DNA of 21,360 nt from NCBI GenBank assembly GCA_037142615.1, contig JBAXAI010000053.1, positions 1 through 21,360 of the forward strand, written 5' to 3'. Source of the stretch: Spirochaetales bacterium. Lineage in GTDB: Bacteria; Spirochaetota; Spirochaetia; JABEVK01. Positions 6,678 through 15,664 of this stretch are shown here, piece by piece. Each line of letters starts with the position of its first letter. The first letter of the stretch is position 1. The position numbers and the translations under genes were made by a program. The notes under the pieces were generated by a model, which was not told where the DNA came from, did not search any database, and saw only the letters and a program-made list of their open reading frames with translations.

Positions 6678-7010
6678 ATGGTTGAACCTCCGCTTTCCAG
6701 TTTGTTGACACCGGAGAAAGCCTGCATCTTCAGACTGATCCACCGTGACAACGTACCTTGGGTCTTGGCAAATGGTCTCCATAGTGCCAGCAGCGCCACC
6801 AAGTCACCACACTGGGTCCCGATAGGAAATCGGGAGCTTATCAAGAAAAGAGCAAATTGGTAGGTTCCCGAGAAGTTCGAACAGTATCAGGCCGAGGCCT
6901 TGGTGCACGGCAGTTGTCCTGTGTCCGCACTGATGAGGCTTGCGTGTTTCGACCTTTCGGTCGAAACTACCCCGCGGGATCAGATCGAACAGGCAGGGCT
7001 TACCCTGCCT
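6678..7010 (+). pseudogene. darT: DarT (DUF4433) DNA ADP-ribosyltransferase, internally deleted with an in-frame stop
   Basis: N-part LTPEKACIFRLIHRDNVPWVLANGLH..IGNRELIKKRA, then TAG at 6861-6863, then in the same frame the C-part PEKFEQYQAEALVHGSCPVSAL. The central YVPFYF/F.FTD region is missing and no darG follows. Confidence 0.85.
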
Positions 7011-7301
7011 ATGGTCTTTCCAAAAACCGCCATCGATACAAATGGACTCATCGAACTGGCAAAGTCGGTTCAGGTACTTGAGTTGTACTTGTTTGGCTCT
7101 GTACTACGCGAGGATTTTCACCAAGAGAGTGACATCGACATTCTCATCGAGTTCGACCGCGAGACCTACTCGAACTTCATCCGGCTCGCATACTTCCATG
7201 AGGACAACCTGGAACGAACCGTGGACCTGCTAACTTCCGACAGCCTCAGTCCCTATATTGGCCCCACGATACTCCGTGAGGTGGAGTATGTTTCACTCTG
7301 A
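7011..7301 (+). CDS. Minimal nucleotidyltransferase (MNT) antitoxin
   Basis: LFGSVLREDFHQESDIDILIEF (GS-x10-DxD) and VDLLT..LSPYI; 96 aa; start uncertain. Confidence 0.8.
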   Translation: MVFPKTAIDTNGLIELAKSVQVLELYLFGSVLREDFHQESDIDILIEFDRETYSNFIRLAYFHEDNLERTVDLLTSDSLSPYIGPTILREVEYVSL

Positions 7302-7450
7302 CAAAGAGCTGTTTCAGCACATTCTTGACGAGATCTCCTTCCTCAAGAGTGAGTCCGCAGTGCTCACCAAGGAGCAGTTCCTCGCCGGAGATCACCCTCC
7401 GGTACTCAAACGTCGAGTGGCGAAACATAGCGGGAATGCGTGACAAGTGA
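7288..7450 (+). pseudogene. DUF86/HEPN toxin remnant
   Basis: MFHSDKELFQHILDEI..KEQFL, then a frameshifted PEITLRYSNVEWRNIAGMRDK*. The middle is deleted and the RxxxxH motif is cut before the His. Confidence 0.8.
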
Positions 7451-7591
7451 GGCAAGTCGCTGACGACGTTGAGTACCCTTCTTGCCGCAAATTGGGTTAC
7501 TGATGCATAGGCCGAACGGTCTGCAGGTTGCCAGATTGACGCTCCGCGCCAAGGAACAAATCGGACATTCCGAAGTTCCAGAAAGGGTAGC

Positions 7592-7623
7592 TTGGCGAAT
7601 CTTGTGAATGGCATACAATATGC
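7592..7623 (+). promoter_or_regulatory. vapBC promoter with palindromic operator
   Basis: TTGGCG-N16-TACAAT; GCATA-caa-TATGC overlaps the -10; AGGAG RBS follows. Confidence 0.55.
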
Positions 7624-7638
7624 ACAGGAGTTCAAAAA

Positions 7639-7830
7639 ATGCGAACTACGCTAGACCTTCCCGAGTCTCTCTTGCAAGAGGCAATGTCACTTACTCACAC
7701 ACAGACCAAAACAGAAGTGATTAAGTTGGCTTTGAGCAATCTGATCCAGAAAGAAAAGATTCAAGAATTGAAGTCATTTTTTGGAAGACTTGATCTCGAA
7801 ATCGACTTGAACGAGCTTCGAAGTAGATGA
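7639..7830 (+). CDS. vapB: VapB-family antitoxin
   Basis: MRTTLDLPESLLQEAM...TKTEVIKLAL...LDLEIDLNELR; ATGA overlap with the PIN remnant. Confidence 0.88.
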   Translation: MRTTLDLPESLLQEAMSLTHTQTKTEVIKLALSNLIQKEKIQELKSFFGRLDLEIDLNELRSR

Positions 7831-8036
7831 GTCTCGTTCTTGTCGAGATCATCCGAATGCAGGTCAGGAATTTCGAGGCAGGAAACAACCATGTCGGAAT
7901 ACCCGACCTGGTGATTGCTCAGAGCGCGATGAAGAATGATTTGATTCTTTTTGAGAATGACAATCACTTCCAGGCCATGAAGAAGATTTTTGGATTGGAA
8001 CTGCTGAGGAAGGAAGACCAAGAATCTCATATCTAG
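7827..8036 (+). pseudogene. vapC: VapC/PIN toxin with internal deletion
   Basis: MSLVLV is joined directly to the C-terminal half (GIPDLVIAQSAM..LFENDNHF). The first catalytic Asp (DTS) and central helices are absent; 69 aa versus about 130. Confidence 0.8.
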
Positions 8037-8102
8037 ATCAACCTGATGCTCTTGCTTCGCCACTTAGACTTGTGCCGAACATGTGCATTCTGCAACTTCA
8101 AC

Positions 8103-8131
8103 TTGCAATTTACACATGTCAGCGCTAGCAT
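8103..8131 (+). promoter_or_regulatory. Putative promoter, leaderless start
   Basis: TTGCAA-N17-TAGCAT-N6-ATG(8138); no SD sequence. Confidence 0.5.
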
Positions 8132-8137
8132 GGTTCC

Positions 8138-9283
8138 ATGATTCCCCGTTTGGCCGAAGCTCGGATCCGGTCGCTGGCACGCCAGTTTCCTATTGTGGTG
8201 GTCACGGGTCCCAGGCAGTCGGGCAAGACGACCTTGGTGCGTGCTCTGGCGCCCGAAAAGCCCTACTACAACCTAGAGCGCCCCGATGTGCGCCAGCGCG
8301 TGGCCGACGATCCGCAGGGGTTCTTGGCCAGTTGCGCCGAGCGTGGGGCCATCGTGGACGAGGCGCAGCGCTTCCCGGAGCTGGGCTCGTGGTTGCAGGC
8401 CTATGTCGACGAGCACCCCGGTGCAGGGCAGTTCTACCTTACCGGGAGTAACCAGCCGCTGCTGCGGACGCAAGTGACGCAATCGCTGGCGGGCCGTGCG
8501 GCACTCGTCAATCTGCTCCCGCTGACGGCCGGCGAACTAAGCTCCGCTGGCCTCGCCAATTCCCTCACCAACACTTTCCTGGCCAAGGGCTTCTATCCTC
8601 CGCTGTACGACAAGCCGTTTGTCGCTGCCGATTGGCTGGCGCAGTATGTGCAGACGTACTTGGAAAAAGACCTGGTGCTCCTGGCCCAGCTCAAGGATCT
8701 GTCGGCCTTTCAGCGGTTCCTGAAACTGTGCGCTGGTCGGACAGGGCAGGTGCTCAACCTGTCGGACCTGGCTCGCGACGCGGATGTGTCGCACACCACA
8801 GCCAAAAACTGGCTGTCACTCCTCGAAGCCTCGTTCCTGGTGTTCTTGCTGCCGCCGTGGCACGCCAACTACCAGAAGCGCCTGGTGAAAAGCCCCAAAC
8901 TGTACTTTTACGATGTGGGCCTGGCCGGTTGGTTGACCGGCATCCGTTCACCTGAGCAATGGGACAACCACCCCCTGCGCGGAGCGTTTTTTGAGACTTT
9001 GGTGGTGGCCGACTTGGTCAAAACCTCGCTGGCGAGCGCCGACCCTTCGCAGTGGTACTTCTGGTCCTCACCCTCGGGCCTGGAAGTCGACCTGGTGGAA
9101 CAGCGCGGACCCGAAGTCTGGGCCCACGAAATCAAGTCGAGCGCGACGTTCAAGCCCGAACACGTCAAAGGGCTGCTCGCTTGGAGCGAACTGTCGGGCG
9201 TACCGCCCCACCGCCTGTGCCTGCACAACGACGGCAACGAGCGGTTGGAGTTCCGTGGGGTGAAGGTTGGTCCGTGGAAGTGA
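8138..9283 (+). CDS. AAA_14 ATPase with DUF4143 (PD-(D/E)xK-like) C-terminus
   Basis: Motifs GPRQSGKTT, IVDEAQR, LTGS, SLAGR, KSPKLYFYDVGL, EVDLV..EIKS. Confidence 0.92.
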   Translation: MIPRLAEARIRSLARQFPIVVVTGPRQSGKTTLVRALAPEKPYYNLERPDVRQRVADDPQGFLASCAERGAIVDEAQRFPELGSWLQAYVDEHPGAGQFYLTGSNQPLLRTQVTQSLAGRAALVNLLPLTAGELSSAGLANSLTNTFLAKGFYPPLYDKPFVAADWLAQYVQTYLEKDLVLLAQLKDLSAFQRFLKLCAGRTGQVLNLSDLARDADVSHTTAKNWLSLLEASFLVFLLPPWHANYQKRLVKSPKLYFYDVGLAGWLTGIRSPEQWDNHPLRGAFFETLVVADLVKTSLASADPSQWYFWSSPSGLEVDLVEQRGPEVWAHEIKSSATFKPEHVKGLLAWSELSGVPPHRLCLHNDGNERLEFRGVKVGPWK

Positions 9284-9285
9284 GG

Positions 9286-10638
9286 CTAGCGGCCGCATCC
9301 CTCCAGCAATTCCAACAAGCGCCCCGCAAAATACAGGGGCAGTGAAACGAGCTCGGTAGTTCCCGTTTCGGAAACCAGGCTTTGTGTGGACGGAAGGTTG
9401 AGATCGAACCTCACAGCCACCGGGGGCTTCTTGGCACCCACGAACTGCTGAAGCGACTTGAGGGTTCCTGCCTTGCCTGACTTCACCTCGATCGGGACAA
9501 CCTGTGTTCCTTGGGCGATCAGAAAATCGAGCTCGGCGTTGTTGGAGCGTCCTTCGCGCAGCCAATAGTGAAGCTCGGGCAGCTGCTTGCCACCAAACCG
9601 ACCCAGCAACTCTTGCCCCACAAACTGCTCGGCCAGGGCGCCCTCGTTGAGCAGTCTGCGTTCATCCAGCGACTGCGTCTGTGGCCAGGTCATGCCGAGA
9701 ACCAGGCTGACCAAGCCGATGTCGAGAAACAGCAACTTGAACGTCGACGAGTCTTGACCCGCACCCAGAGGGACCCCCGAACCGTCAGAGTGGTACACCG
9801 GAGTACAGATGCGGGCCTTGCACAGCAGGTCGAGGGCCGTGCGCACCTCGCCGCTTCGGTCGTCGGGGGAAAGGTGTGTGAACTTCACTTTGCGACCCAA
9901 CTGGGCAGGCACCGTGCGGAAGATCCGTTGCAAGCGCGCCAGCTGAGCCTGGCGGGCGTACTTGGCAAAGTCGTCGACATAGGTGTCGAGGATGGTCCGC
10001 TGAACCTCGGCCACGCGATCGAACAGTTTGGTATCGAGCCACGTCTGTACCGCTTCGGGCATTCCTCCCACGATCAGAAACTCTCGTTGCCTGTGCAACA
10101 GCGCGTTGTGACGGCTCACGGGCAGGGGGTCGCCCATCTTCCAGTCAAGGTAGAACCGGTGAAGTTCGGCATCGGACGCCAAAAGGAACTCCGCAAACGA
10201 GAGCGGCCCCAGGTGAAGGTAGGTGATGCGTCCCACCGGCATCGAAAACCTGTGGTCAGCCAACGCAAACTCGAGGAGCGAGCCCGCAGCGACGACCGCA
10301 AGTTCGGGCATGTCTTCAAAAAAGTACCTGAGGGCAGCGATGGCCTCGGGTACCGCCTGGATTTCGTCAAGAAACAGCAGCGCAGAACGCTTTTCGCGGA
10401 TTTCGCCAGCCAGACCCGCCAGTTCGCCCAGGATGCGGTTCAGATCACCGCTGGCAAACGCGTCGCGGAGGAACAGGTGCCGCTCGAGGTTCACCTCGTG
10501 GAGCGCCAAGCCTTTGTCCCGGGCGAAAAGCCGCACCAGAGTCGACTTGCCGACTTGCCGTGCTCCCCGGAGCACCAGAGGCTTGCGAGGGCTCGATCGA
10601 AACCAGAGGTCCAGCTGTTTCTGCGCATCCCTCTCCAT
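9286..10638 (-). CDS. AAA_14 ATPase with DUF4143 domain (450-aa subtype)
   Basis: Motifs GARQVGKST, FLDEIQ, AAGSLL, SMPVGR, VGGMPE, FLDIGL, AELDFL..PIEVKSG. Confidence 0.92.
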   Translation of the reverse strand: MERDAQKQLDLWFRSSPRKPLVLRGARQVGKSTLVRLFARDKGLALHEVNLERHLFLRDAFASGDLNRILGELAGLAGEIREKRSALLFLDEIQAVPEAIAALRYFFEDMPELAVVAAGSLLEFALADHRFSMPVGRITYLHLGPLSFAEFLLASDAELHRFYLDWKMGDPLPVSRHNALLHRQREFLIVGGMPEAVQTWLDTKLFDRVAEVQRTILDTYVDDFAKYARQAQLARLQRIFRTVPAQLGRKVKFTHLSPDDRSGEVRTALDLLCKARICTPVYHSDGSGVPLGAGQDSSTFKLLFLDIGLVSLVLGMTWPQTQSLDERRLLNEGALAEQFVGQELLGRFGGKQLPELHYWLREGRSNNAELDFLIAQGTQVVPIEVKSGKAGTLKSLQQFVGAKKPPVAVRFDLNLPSTQSLVSETGTTELVSLPLYFAGRLLELLEGCGR

Positions 10639-10711
10639 AATACCCCCCTAAAACAGCATCAAGTGTGCTCATTTGATGGGGTATTGGCAAGAGGGCTTAC
10701 GAGCCACTACC

Positions 10712-10745
10712 TTGACCCACGGGCAGTGCGCACGTAATATGTGCA
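10712..10745 (+). promoter_or_regulatory. TA promoter with operator palindrome, leaderless start
   Basis: TTGACC-N17-TAATAT-N6-ATG(10747); GCAC-N7-GTGC spans the -10. Confidence 0.6.
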
Positions 10746-10746
10746 T

Positions 10747-10971
10747 ATGACCAACATCACTTTGTCGATCGACGAGGAACTCCTGAAGCTGGGCCGCGAA
10801 TATGCTCGCACGCAAAACCTGTCGTTCAACGTCTTGGTTCGCAGGTTGGTGGAACAGACGGTGACCAAGAAGGACTCCCAATGGCTCGATGCGACGTTTG
10901 AATACATCGACGAAAATGTGAAATCCGCCGAGGGCATCACTTGGAAGCGGGAAGACTTATACCGTGGCTAA
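10747..10971 (+). CDS. Ribbon-helix-helix antitoxin (DUF6364-like)
   Basis: MTNITLSIDEELLKLGREYA...SFNVLVRRL...WKREDLY; overlaps the PIN gene. Confidence 0.85.
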   Translation: MTNITLSIDEELLKLGREYARTQNLSFNVLVRRLVEQTVTKKDSQWLDATFEYIDENVKSAEGITWKREDLYRG

Positions 10972-11386
10972 AGTGTTCCTCGACACGAACCTGCTTATCC
11001 ATACGGTAGACACGAAGGATGCCGAGAAACATGAACGTTCCCGGGAGCTGCTCAGGGACGTTTCTGCGAAACACCTACCCGTGATTTCCACCCAGGTCTT
11101 GCAGGAGTTCTACAACGGCCTGACAACGAAGCTGAAGGTCGACAAGATCGTGGCGAAGAACATTCTTCACGGGTACCGCAACCTCGAGATTGTCTCGGCA
11201 GACCTTGCCATGATTGAGCAGGCTGTCGACATCAGCATGTTGTTTCAACTGTCATTCTGGGATTCGCTGATTGTCGCCGCCGCAGAACAGGCCAACTGCT
11301 CGGTTCTGTTCACGGAAGACCTGAACGACGGACAGAGCATCCGTGGAGTCAGGGTCGTGAATCCGTTCAAGACGCCACAGACATGA
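10964..11386 (+). CDS. vapC: PIN-domain (VapC) toxin, intact
   Basis: Motifs VFLDTNLL, ISTQVLQEF, LSFWDSLIVAAA, LFTEDL..VVNPF. Confidence 0.93.
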   Translation: MAKVFLDTNLLIHTVDTKDAEKHERSRELLRDVSAKHLPVISTQVLQEFYNGLTTKLKVDKIVAKNILHGYRNLEIVSADLAMIEQAVDISMLFQLSFWDSLIVAAAEQANCSVLFTEDLNDGQSIRGVRVVNPFKTPQT

Positions 11387-12840
11387 TCCTTCCCCGCCTC
11401 GCCCTCCGCAACGTTCGCCTGAGCCTCCGACGCCGCCTGTTTGTGGCTACTGTCATTGCGCTGACTTTAGCAGTGCTGCTGGTGGGCAACACGGTGTTCC
11501 AGAGCACCGAGAGCGGCATTCAGCAAACGTATCGCAACAGTTTTACCGGCGACCTGTCGGTGTCGGCCGACAGCGAAAACGCGTTCACGGTGTTTGGCAG
11601 CGAACTGCCGCTGGTGGGCGACTACGAGGTGTTGCCGGTGCTCGCCGACCCCAAGGGAGCTGAGGCGGCGCTGAAGTCGCAGGGTACGGTGGCGGGGGTG
11701 GCGCACCAGGTGTCGGCGGCAGCGTACCTGCAGGTCGGCGGGCTGCAGAAGGCGACCCCCCTGTTCGGCGTCGACTTTGCCGAGTACCTAGCGTTCTTCC
11801 CCTCGCTCCAGCTGACCGAAGGCGCTTTGCCGGCCAGCGGTTCCCATGCCATACTCATCAACAGCGTCCGCAAGGCCGACCTCGAAGCAGGGCTTGGCCG
11901 TGCCCTCAAACTGGGCGAACCTATCCAGCTCGTTAGCACCAACGCCGGTGGCTTCACCATCCGCGAAGTGGCCTACGCCGGGGCCTATCAGTACCCGGTG
12001 GGCGACGAACTGCTCAACCGCATCGTGCTCGTCGATGCCGACACCGCCCGCGCCCTCAACGGCTACGTGTACGGGGGCCAGCGCGCGGTGACCACCCATC
12101 CCAACCAGACCCAGCTCCTCACCAACACCGACAGCGTCGACGACCTGTTTGGCGACTCCGACGACACCACCTCGGGCGGCGAAGCTTTGTCGCTCGGGGC
12201 CATCGACCAGGCGCTGGCCACGCACGACACCACCGCCAGCGTGACTGTCGACGGTGCATGGAACTTTTTGCTGGTGCGCCTTAAGCCCGGCACCAGCGCC
12301 ACCTGGGAGGCAGGTTTTGTGAAAGCTTCGCTGCCCGGGGGCGGTGCCGACGTTCAGGTGCGCGACTGGCGCGGCACGGCCGGTGGCAACGCTCAACTGG
12401 TGTACTTTGTGCGCCTGCTGTTCAACGTCGGGATGATACTTCTGGTGCTGATTGCCATTTTTGTGATGACCAACGCGCTGGCGCTGAGCGTGTACGAACG
12501 CACCCGCGAAATCGGCACCATGCGGGCCGTGGGCGCCACGCGGAGCTTTGTGGCCCAGTTGCTGACCCTCGAAACGCTGATATTAGTCGCCGGGGCGGGG
12601 ATCGTCGGGCTGGCCTTGGGCGTCGCGGCCCTCGAGGCGCTGGGGCAGGTCGGCATCCCGCTCACCAACCCGCTCATAGCGGCCTTGTTTGGCACCAGCC
12701 TGATTCGCCCCACGGTGCTGTGGGACCAAGTGGGCTGGCACTTGGTGCTGGCGGTTCTTATGGGCGGCCTGGCGCTGCTCTTGCCCCTGCGCGTGGCCCT
12801 GCGAGTGTCACCCGTGAGCGCCATGGCGAAGGAGGCCTAG
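11383..12840 (+). CDS. FtsX/LolCE-like ABC transporter permease
   Basis: LALRNV N-terminus, one TM, large periplasmic domain, SVYERTREIGTMRAVGA, three C-terminal TMs. Confidence 0.9.
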   Translation: MILPRLALRNVRLSLRRRLFVATVIALTLAVLLVGNTVFQSTESGIQQTYRNSFTGDLSVSADSENAFTVFGSELPLVGDYEVLPVLADPKGAEAALKSQGTVAGVAHQVSAAAYLQVGGLQKATPLFGVDFAEYLAFFPSLQLTEGALPASGSHAILINSVRKADLEAGLGRALKLGEPIQLVSTNAGGFTIREVAYAGAYQYPVGDELLNRIVLVDADTARALNGYVYGGQRAVTTHPNQTQLLTNTDSVDDLFGDSDDTTSGGEALSLGAIDQALATHDTTASVTVDGAWNFLLVRLKPGTSATWEAGFVKASLPGGGADVQVRDWRGTAGGNAQLVYFVRLLFNVGMILLVLIAIFVMTNALALSVYERTREIGTMRAVGATRSFVAQLLTLETLILVAGAGIVGLALGVAALEALGQVGIPLTNPLIAALFGTSLIRPTVLWDQVGWHLVLAVLMGGLALLLPLRVALRVSPVSAMAKEA

Positions 12841-12841
12841 G

Positions 12842-14125
12842 GTGGGCGGCTTGGCGTTCCGCAACTTGACGCGGCAGTTTCGGCGTTACGGCGTGCTGAT
12901 GGCCACGCTGGTCTTTGGGTTTGCCGTCGTGATGCTGGTGCTGGGCCTGACCAGCGGCATGACCCGCAGCCTGGAACGCAAAGCGGCCCGCTACTTCGCC
13001 GGCGACTTGAGCATCACCGGGTACTCCAAAGCAGCGTACGAGTCGATCGACGATCAAAAGGAAGTGCTCGCGGCCATTGCCCGTTCGGGGATTCCCACTT
13101 TGGGCGTAGCGCGACGCACCAACTACAACAGCCTCGACGCCACGCTGTTCTTCAACGGAAGCTCGGTGCGTCAGCGCCGCCTGGTCGGGGTCGACTGGAC
13201 GCTCGAGGCCCCCAACTTTGCCGACATGGACTTTGTCAGCGGCGGCTTGCAGGGCATGGCCGGCAGCGAGGGCATCTTGGTCAGTACGCAAGTGGCCAGC
13301 AAGACCGGAGTGCGGGCCGGCGACCAGATTCTGCTGCTGATGAGCACGCGGGGCGGGGCCCAGAATACCGCCAACTTGGTGGTGAAAGGCGTGTACCGTG
13401 AAAGCTCGTTTTTCGGCAGCACGGCTTACCTGGACATTGAGACCCTGAACCGGCTGTACGGTCAGGCTCCCGGCTCGGCCACCGACATGGGCGTGATGCT
13501 GGCCCCGGGCATTTCGCCCACGTGGGCCGACGAAAGGTTGCGTGCCGCACTGGTCGCCAAGAAGCTACAGGTATTTGGCCCTATCGACACTCGTGAGGCC
13601 CAGATTCAGGCCTTCACGGAAAGCTGGGAAGGCCGCAAATACGCCGTGATGACGCTGCGGGCGCACCTGAGCGTGATCGCCGACGTGCTCGACGCCGTCA
13701 ACGTAGTCACCGCCTTTGTGCTGGTGTTCTTTCTGGTGATCATCGTGGTGGGCGTGTCGAACACTTACCGCATGATTGTGCGCGAACGGGTCACCGAGAT
13801 CGGCACCCTGCGGGCACTGGGCATGCAAGCTGGTGCCGTCCGGAGCCTCTTTCTGCGCGAAGCCGTGCTGTTGGCGGTGGGCGGCATCGGCGGGGGGCTG
13901 CTCGTCGGGTTGCTGTTCCTGTGGGGTGCCACGGCCATCGACCTGTCGGGCTACGGGGCGCTGCTGATGTTCCTCAAGCAGGGGCGACCCGACTGGTACC
14001 TCGAACCGGTGTGGCTGCTGGCCAGCTTCGCGGTGATGTTTGCCAGCTGCCTGTTGGGTGTCTGGGGCCCCGCTCGCAGCGCCGCCCGAATGCGTCCGGT
14101 GGATGCGCTGGCCGATAAGGGATAG
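12842..14125 (+). CDS. FtsX/LolCE-like ABC transporter permease
   Basis: Motifs LAFRNL, IVRERVTEIGTLRALGM, PARSAARMRPVDAL. AAGGAGG RBS before GTG. Confidence 0.9.
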   Translation: MGGLAFRNLTRQFRRYGVLMATLVFGFAVVMLVLGLTSGMTRSLERKAARYFAGDLSITGYSKAAYESIDDQKEVLAAIARSGIPTLGVARRTNYNSLDATLFFNGSSVRQRRLVGVDWTLEAPNFADMDFVSGGLQGMAGSEGILVSTQVASKTGVRAGDQILLLMSTRGGAQNTANLVVKGVYRESSFFGSTAYLDIETLNRLYGQAPGSATDMGVMLAPGISPTWADERLRAALVAKKLQVFGPIDTREAQIQAFTESWEGRKYAVMTLRAHLSVIADVLDAVNVVTAFVLVFFLVIIVVGVSNTYRMIVRERVTEIGTLRALGMQAGAVRSLFLREAVLLAVGGIGGGLLVGLLFLWGATAIDLSGYGALLMFLKQGRPDWYLEPVWLLASFAVMFASCLLGVWGPARSAARMRPVDALADKG

Positions 14126-14134
14126 AGTGTAGGA

Positions 14135-14443
14135 ATGAGGCTTTCTTCCAACCAACGAACCGCCATTGTCGAGTCGGTTCGCGAATCCTTTGGCCCCGAG
14201 GCGAAAGTCTGGCTGTTTGGGTCGCGGATCGACGATACCAAACGGGGCGGCGACATTGATCTGCTGGTTGCCGCTAAGGCCGAGCCGGGGCAGGAAGTTC
14301 GGCAGAAACTCCGGGCTCTTGGACTGATTCAACGCAAAATCGGCGAGCAGAAGATCGACCTCGTCGTGACCGACGGAAGCCCCGATTGCGAGGCGCTCCT
14401 GATCACGCGCAATGCAAGGGCCGTGGGGGTGCCGCTTGAATGA
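14135..14443 (+). CDS. MNT nucleotidyltransferase antitoxin
   Basis: Motifs VWLFGSRIDDTKRGGDIDLLV and GEQKIDLV. Confidence 0.9.
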   Translation: MRLSSNQRTAIVESVRESFGPEAKVWLFGSRIDDTKRGGDIDLLVAAKAEPGQEVRQKLRALGLIQRKIGEQKIDLVVTDGSPDCEALLITRNARAVGVPLE

Positions 14444-14909
14444 GACCTTGAAGGCGACGCTCCAGTCGGCGATCTCCGAAAACGATTCTCACCTAGGTAG
14501 GATGCGCTGGTCGAGAACTGCACTTTCAGGTCAGTTTCCTCTCGACGTTGACAAGCTCGCAGGGCTTTCCGACGAAGAACGGGCCATCCTGGACCAGTTT
14601 CTCTACCGGTTCACCAAGATCCAGGACTCAATGGGAACCCGTCTGTTGCCCGCCCTCTATCACTTGCTCGAAGGCGACGACAATCCGCGACCCTTCCTCG
14701 ACACTCTCAACCGGCTCGAACAACTGGGCGTCGTGACAAGTCAAGAATCGTGGCAGAAGTTCCGGGACCTCCGCAACACGATCGCTCACGATTACCCCGA
14801 AACGGTGGCGAAGACCATCGAGACCATCAACACTCTCTTTGACGACGCCAACGAGTTCTATCAGCTCTATACGACCGCTCGAGAGTCTGCCCTAGAGAGG
14901 CTCTCGTGA
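14436..14909 (+). CDS. HEPN-domain toxin (partner of MNT)
   Basis: Motifs LDQFLYRFTKIQDSMG, FLDTLNRLEQLG and RDLRNTIAHDYP (RxxxxH followed by DY). Probable TTG start at 14436. Confidence 0.87.
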   Translation: MNETLKATLQSAISENDSHLGRMRWSRTALSGQFPLDVDKLAGLSDEERAILDQFLYRFTKIQDSMGTRLLPALYHLLEGDDNPRPFLDTLNRLEQLGVVTSQESWQKFRDLRNTIAHDYPETVAKTIETINTLFDDANEFYQLYTTARESALERLS

Positions 14910-15664
14910 CGGTGCTTCGTCTTTTTGCTGGCGCCTTGCTTCTCCTCTCTTCTCTGGTGTTGACAGCCGAACCCACGCTGGCCCAGATCGACGCGCAGAT
15001 CAGCTTTATGGACACTGACTTTTCGGCCGAGTACACCATCGTGAAAGATTCGCCCGGCGAAGGGCAGAGTGTCACCGTGGCCGCCATGTTCCGTCGCGAC
15101 AACCTTAACAAGTACCTCATTTTAATTTTGCAGCCCGATGCCGACAAGGGCAAAGGCTACCTCAAGATCGACAACAACCTGTGGCTGTGGGACCCCGTGG
15201 CCCGGCGCTACACCGTGACCAGCGCCCGCGACCGGTTTCAGAACTCGAGCGCGCGCAACAGCGACTTTACCCGCTCGAGCATGGCCATCGACTACCGCAT
15301 CACGGCCACCAGCCAGGCCAAGCTGGGCAAGTTCGACACCACGGTGCTTGAACTGACGGCCACCGCCGACGCCGTGGTGTTCCCGCTGCGCAAAATCTGG
15401 GTGAGCTCGGGCGACAACCTGGTGCGCAAGATGGAAGACTACAGCTTGTCGAAACAGTTGCTTCGAACCACGGCCATCCCCAGCTACCAGAAAGTGGGGA
15501 CCCGCTGGGTGCCCGTGAGCATGCTCATTGTCGACGAGCTGCGCGGCAAAAACGTGAACGGAGTGTTCGTGAAAGAGAAGACCCAAGTGACCATTGCCAA
15601 GCCCGGCTTGGGCAAACAACCCGACCTGCTGTTCACGCAGGCGTACCTGGAGAAGGCGCGATGA
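14906..15664 (+). CDS. LolA-like outer-membrane lipoprotein-sorting protein
   Basis: Signal peptide; motifs FRRD..KYLILILQP..DKGKGYLKIDNNLWLWDP, FQNSSARNSDF, DYSLSKQLLRT, FTQAYLEK. Confidence 0.8.
   Translation: MTVLRLFAGALLLLSSLVLTAEPTLAQIDAQISFMDTDFSAEYTIVKDSPGEGQSVTVAAMFRRDNLNKYLILILQPDADKGKGYLKIDNNLWLWDPVARRYTVTSARDRFQNSSARNSDFTRSSMAIDYRITATSQAKLGKFDTTVLELTATADAVVFPLRKIWVSSGDNLVRKMEDYSLSKQLLRTTAIPSYQKVGTRWVPVSMLIVDELRGKNVNGVFVKEKTQVTIAKPGLGKQPDLLFTQAYLEKAR

Noticed and set aside
6991-7010. Perfect hairpin AGGCAGGG-CTTA-CCCTGCCT sharing GGCTTACCC with the 21-bp element
   Set aside because: It encodes QAGLTLP, which fits the DarT C-terminus without an insertion, and it lacks the rest of the element. 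Treated as coincidence.
6147-8036. Integron cassette array explanation for the TA cluster
   Set aside because: No repeated attC-like RYYYAAC...GTTRRRY sites were found between genes, and no integrase is present.
9511-10737. 408-aa plus-strand ORF
   Set aside because: Antisense shadow of the DUF4143 ATPase, as expected in high-GC DNA; no motifs.
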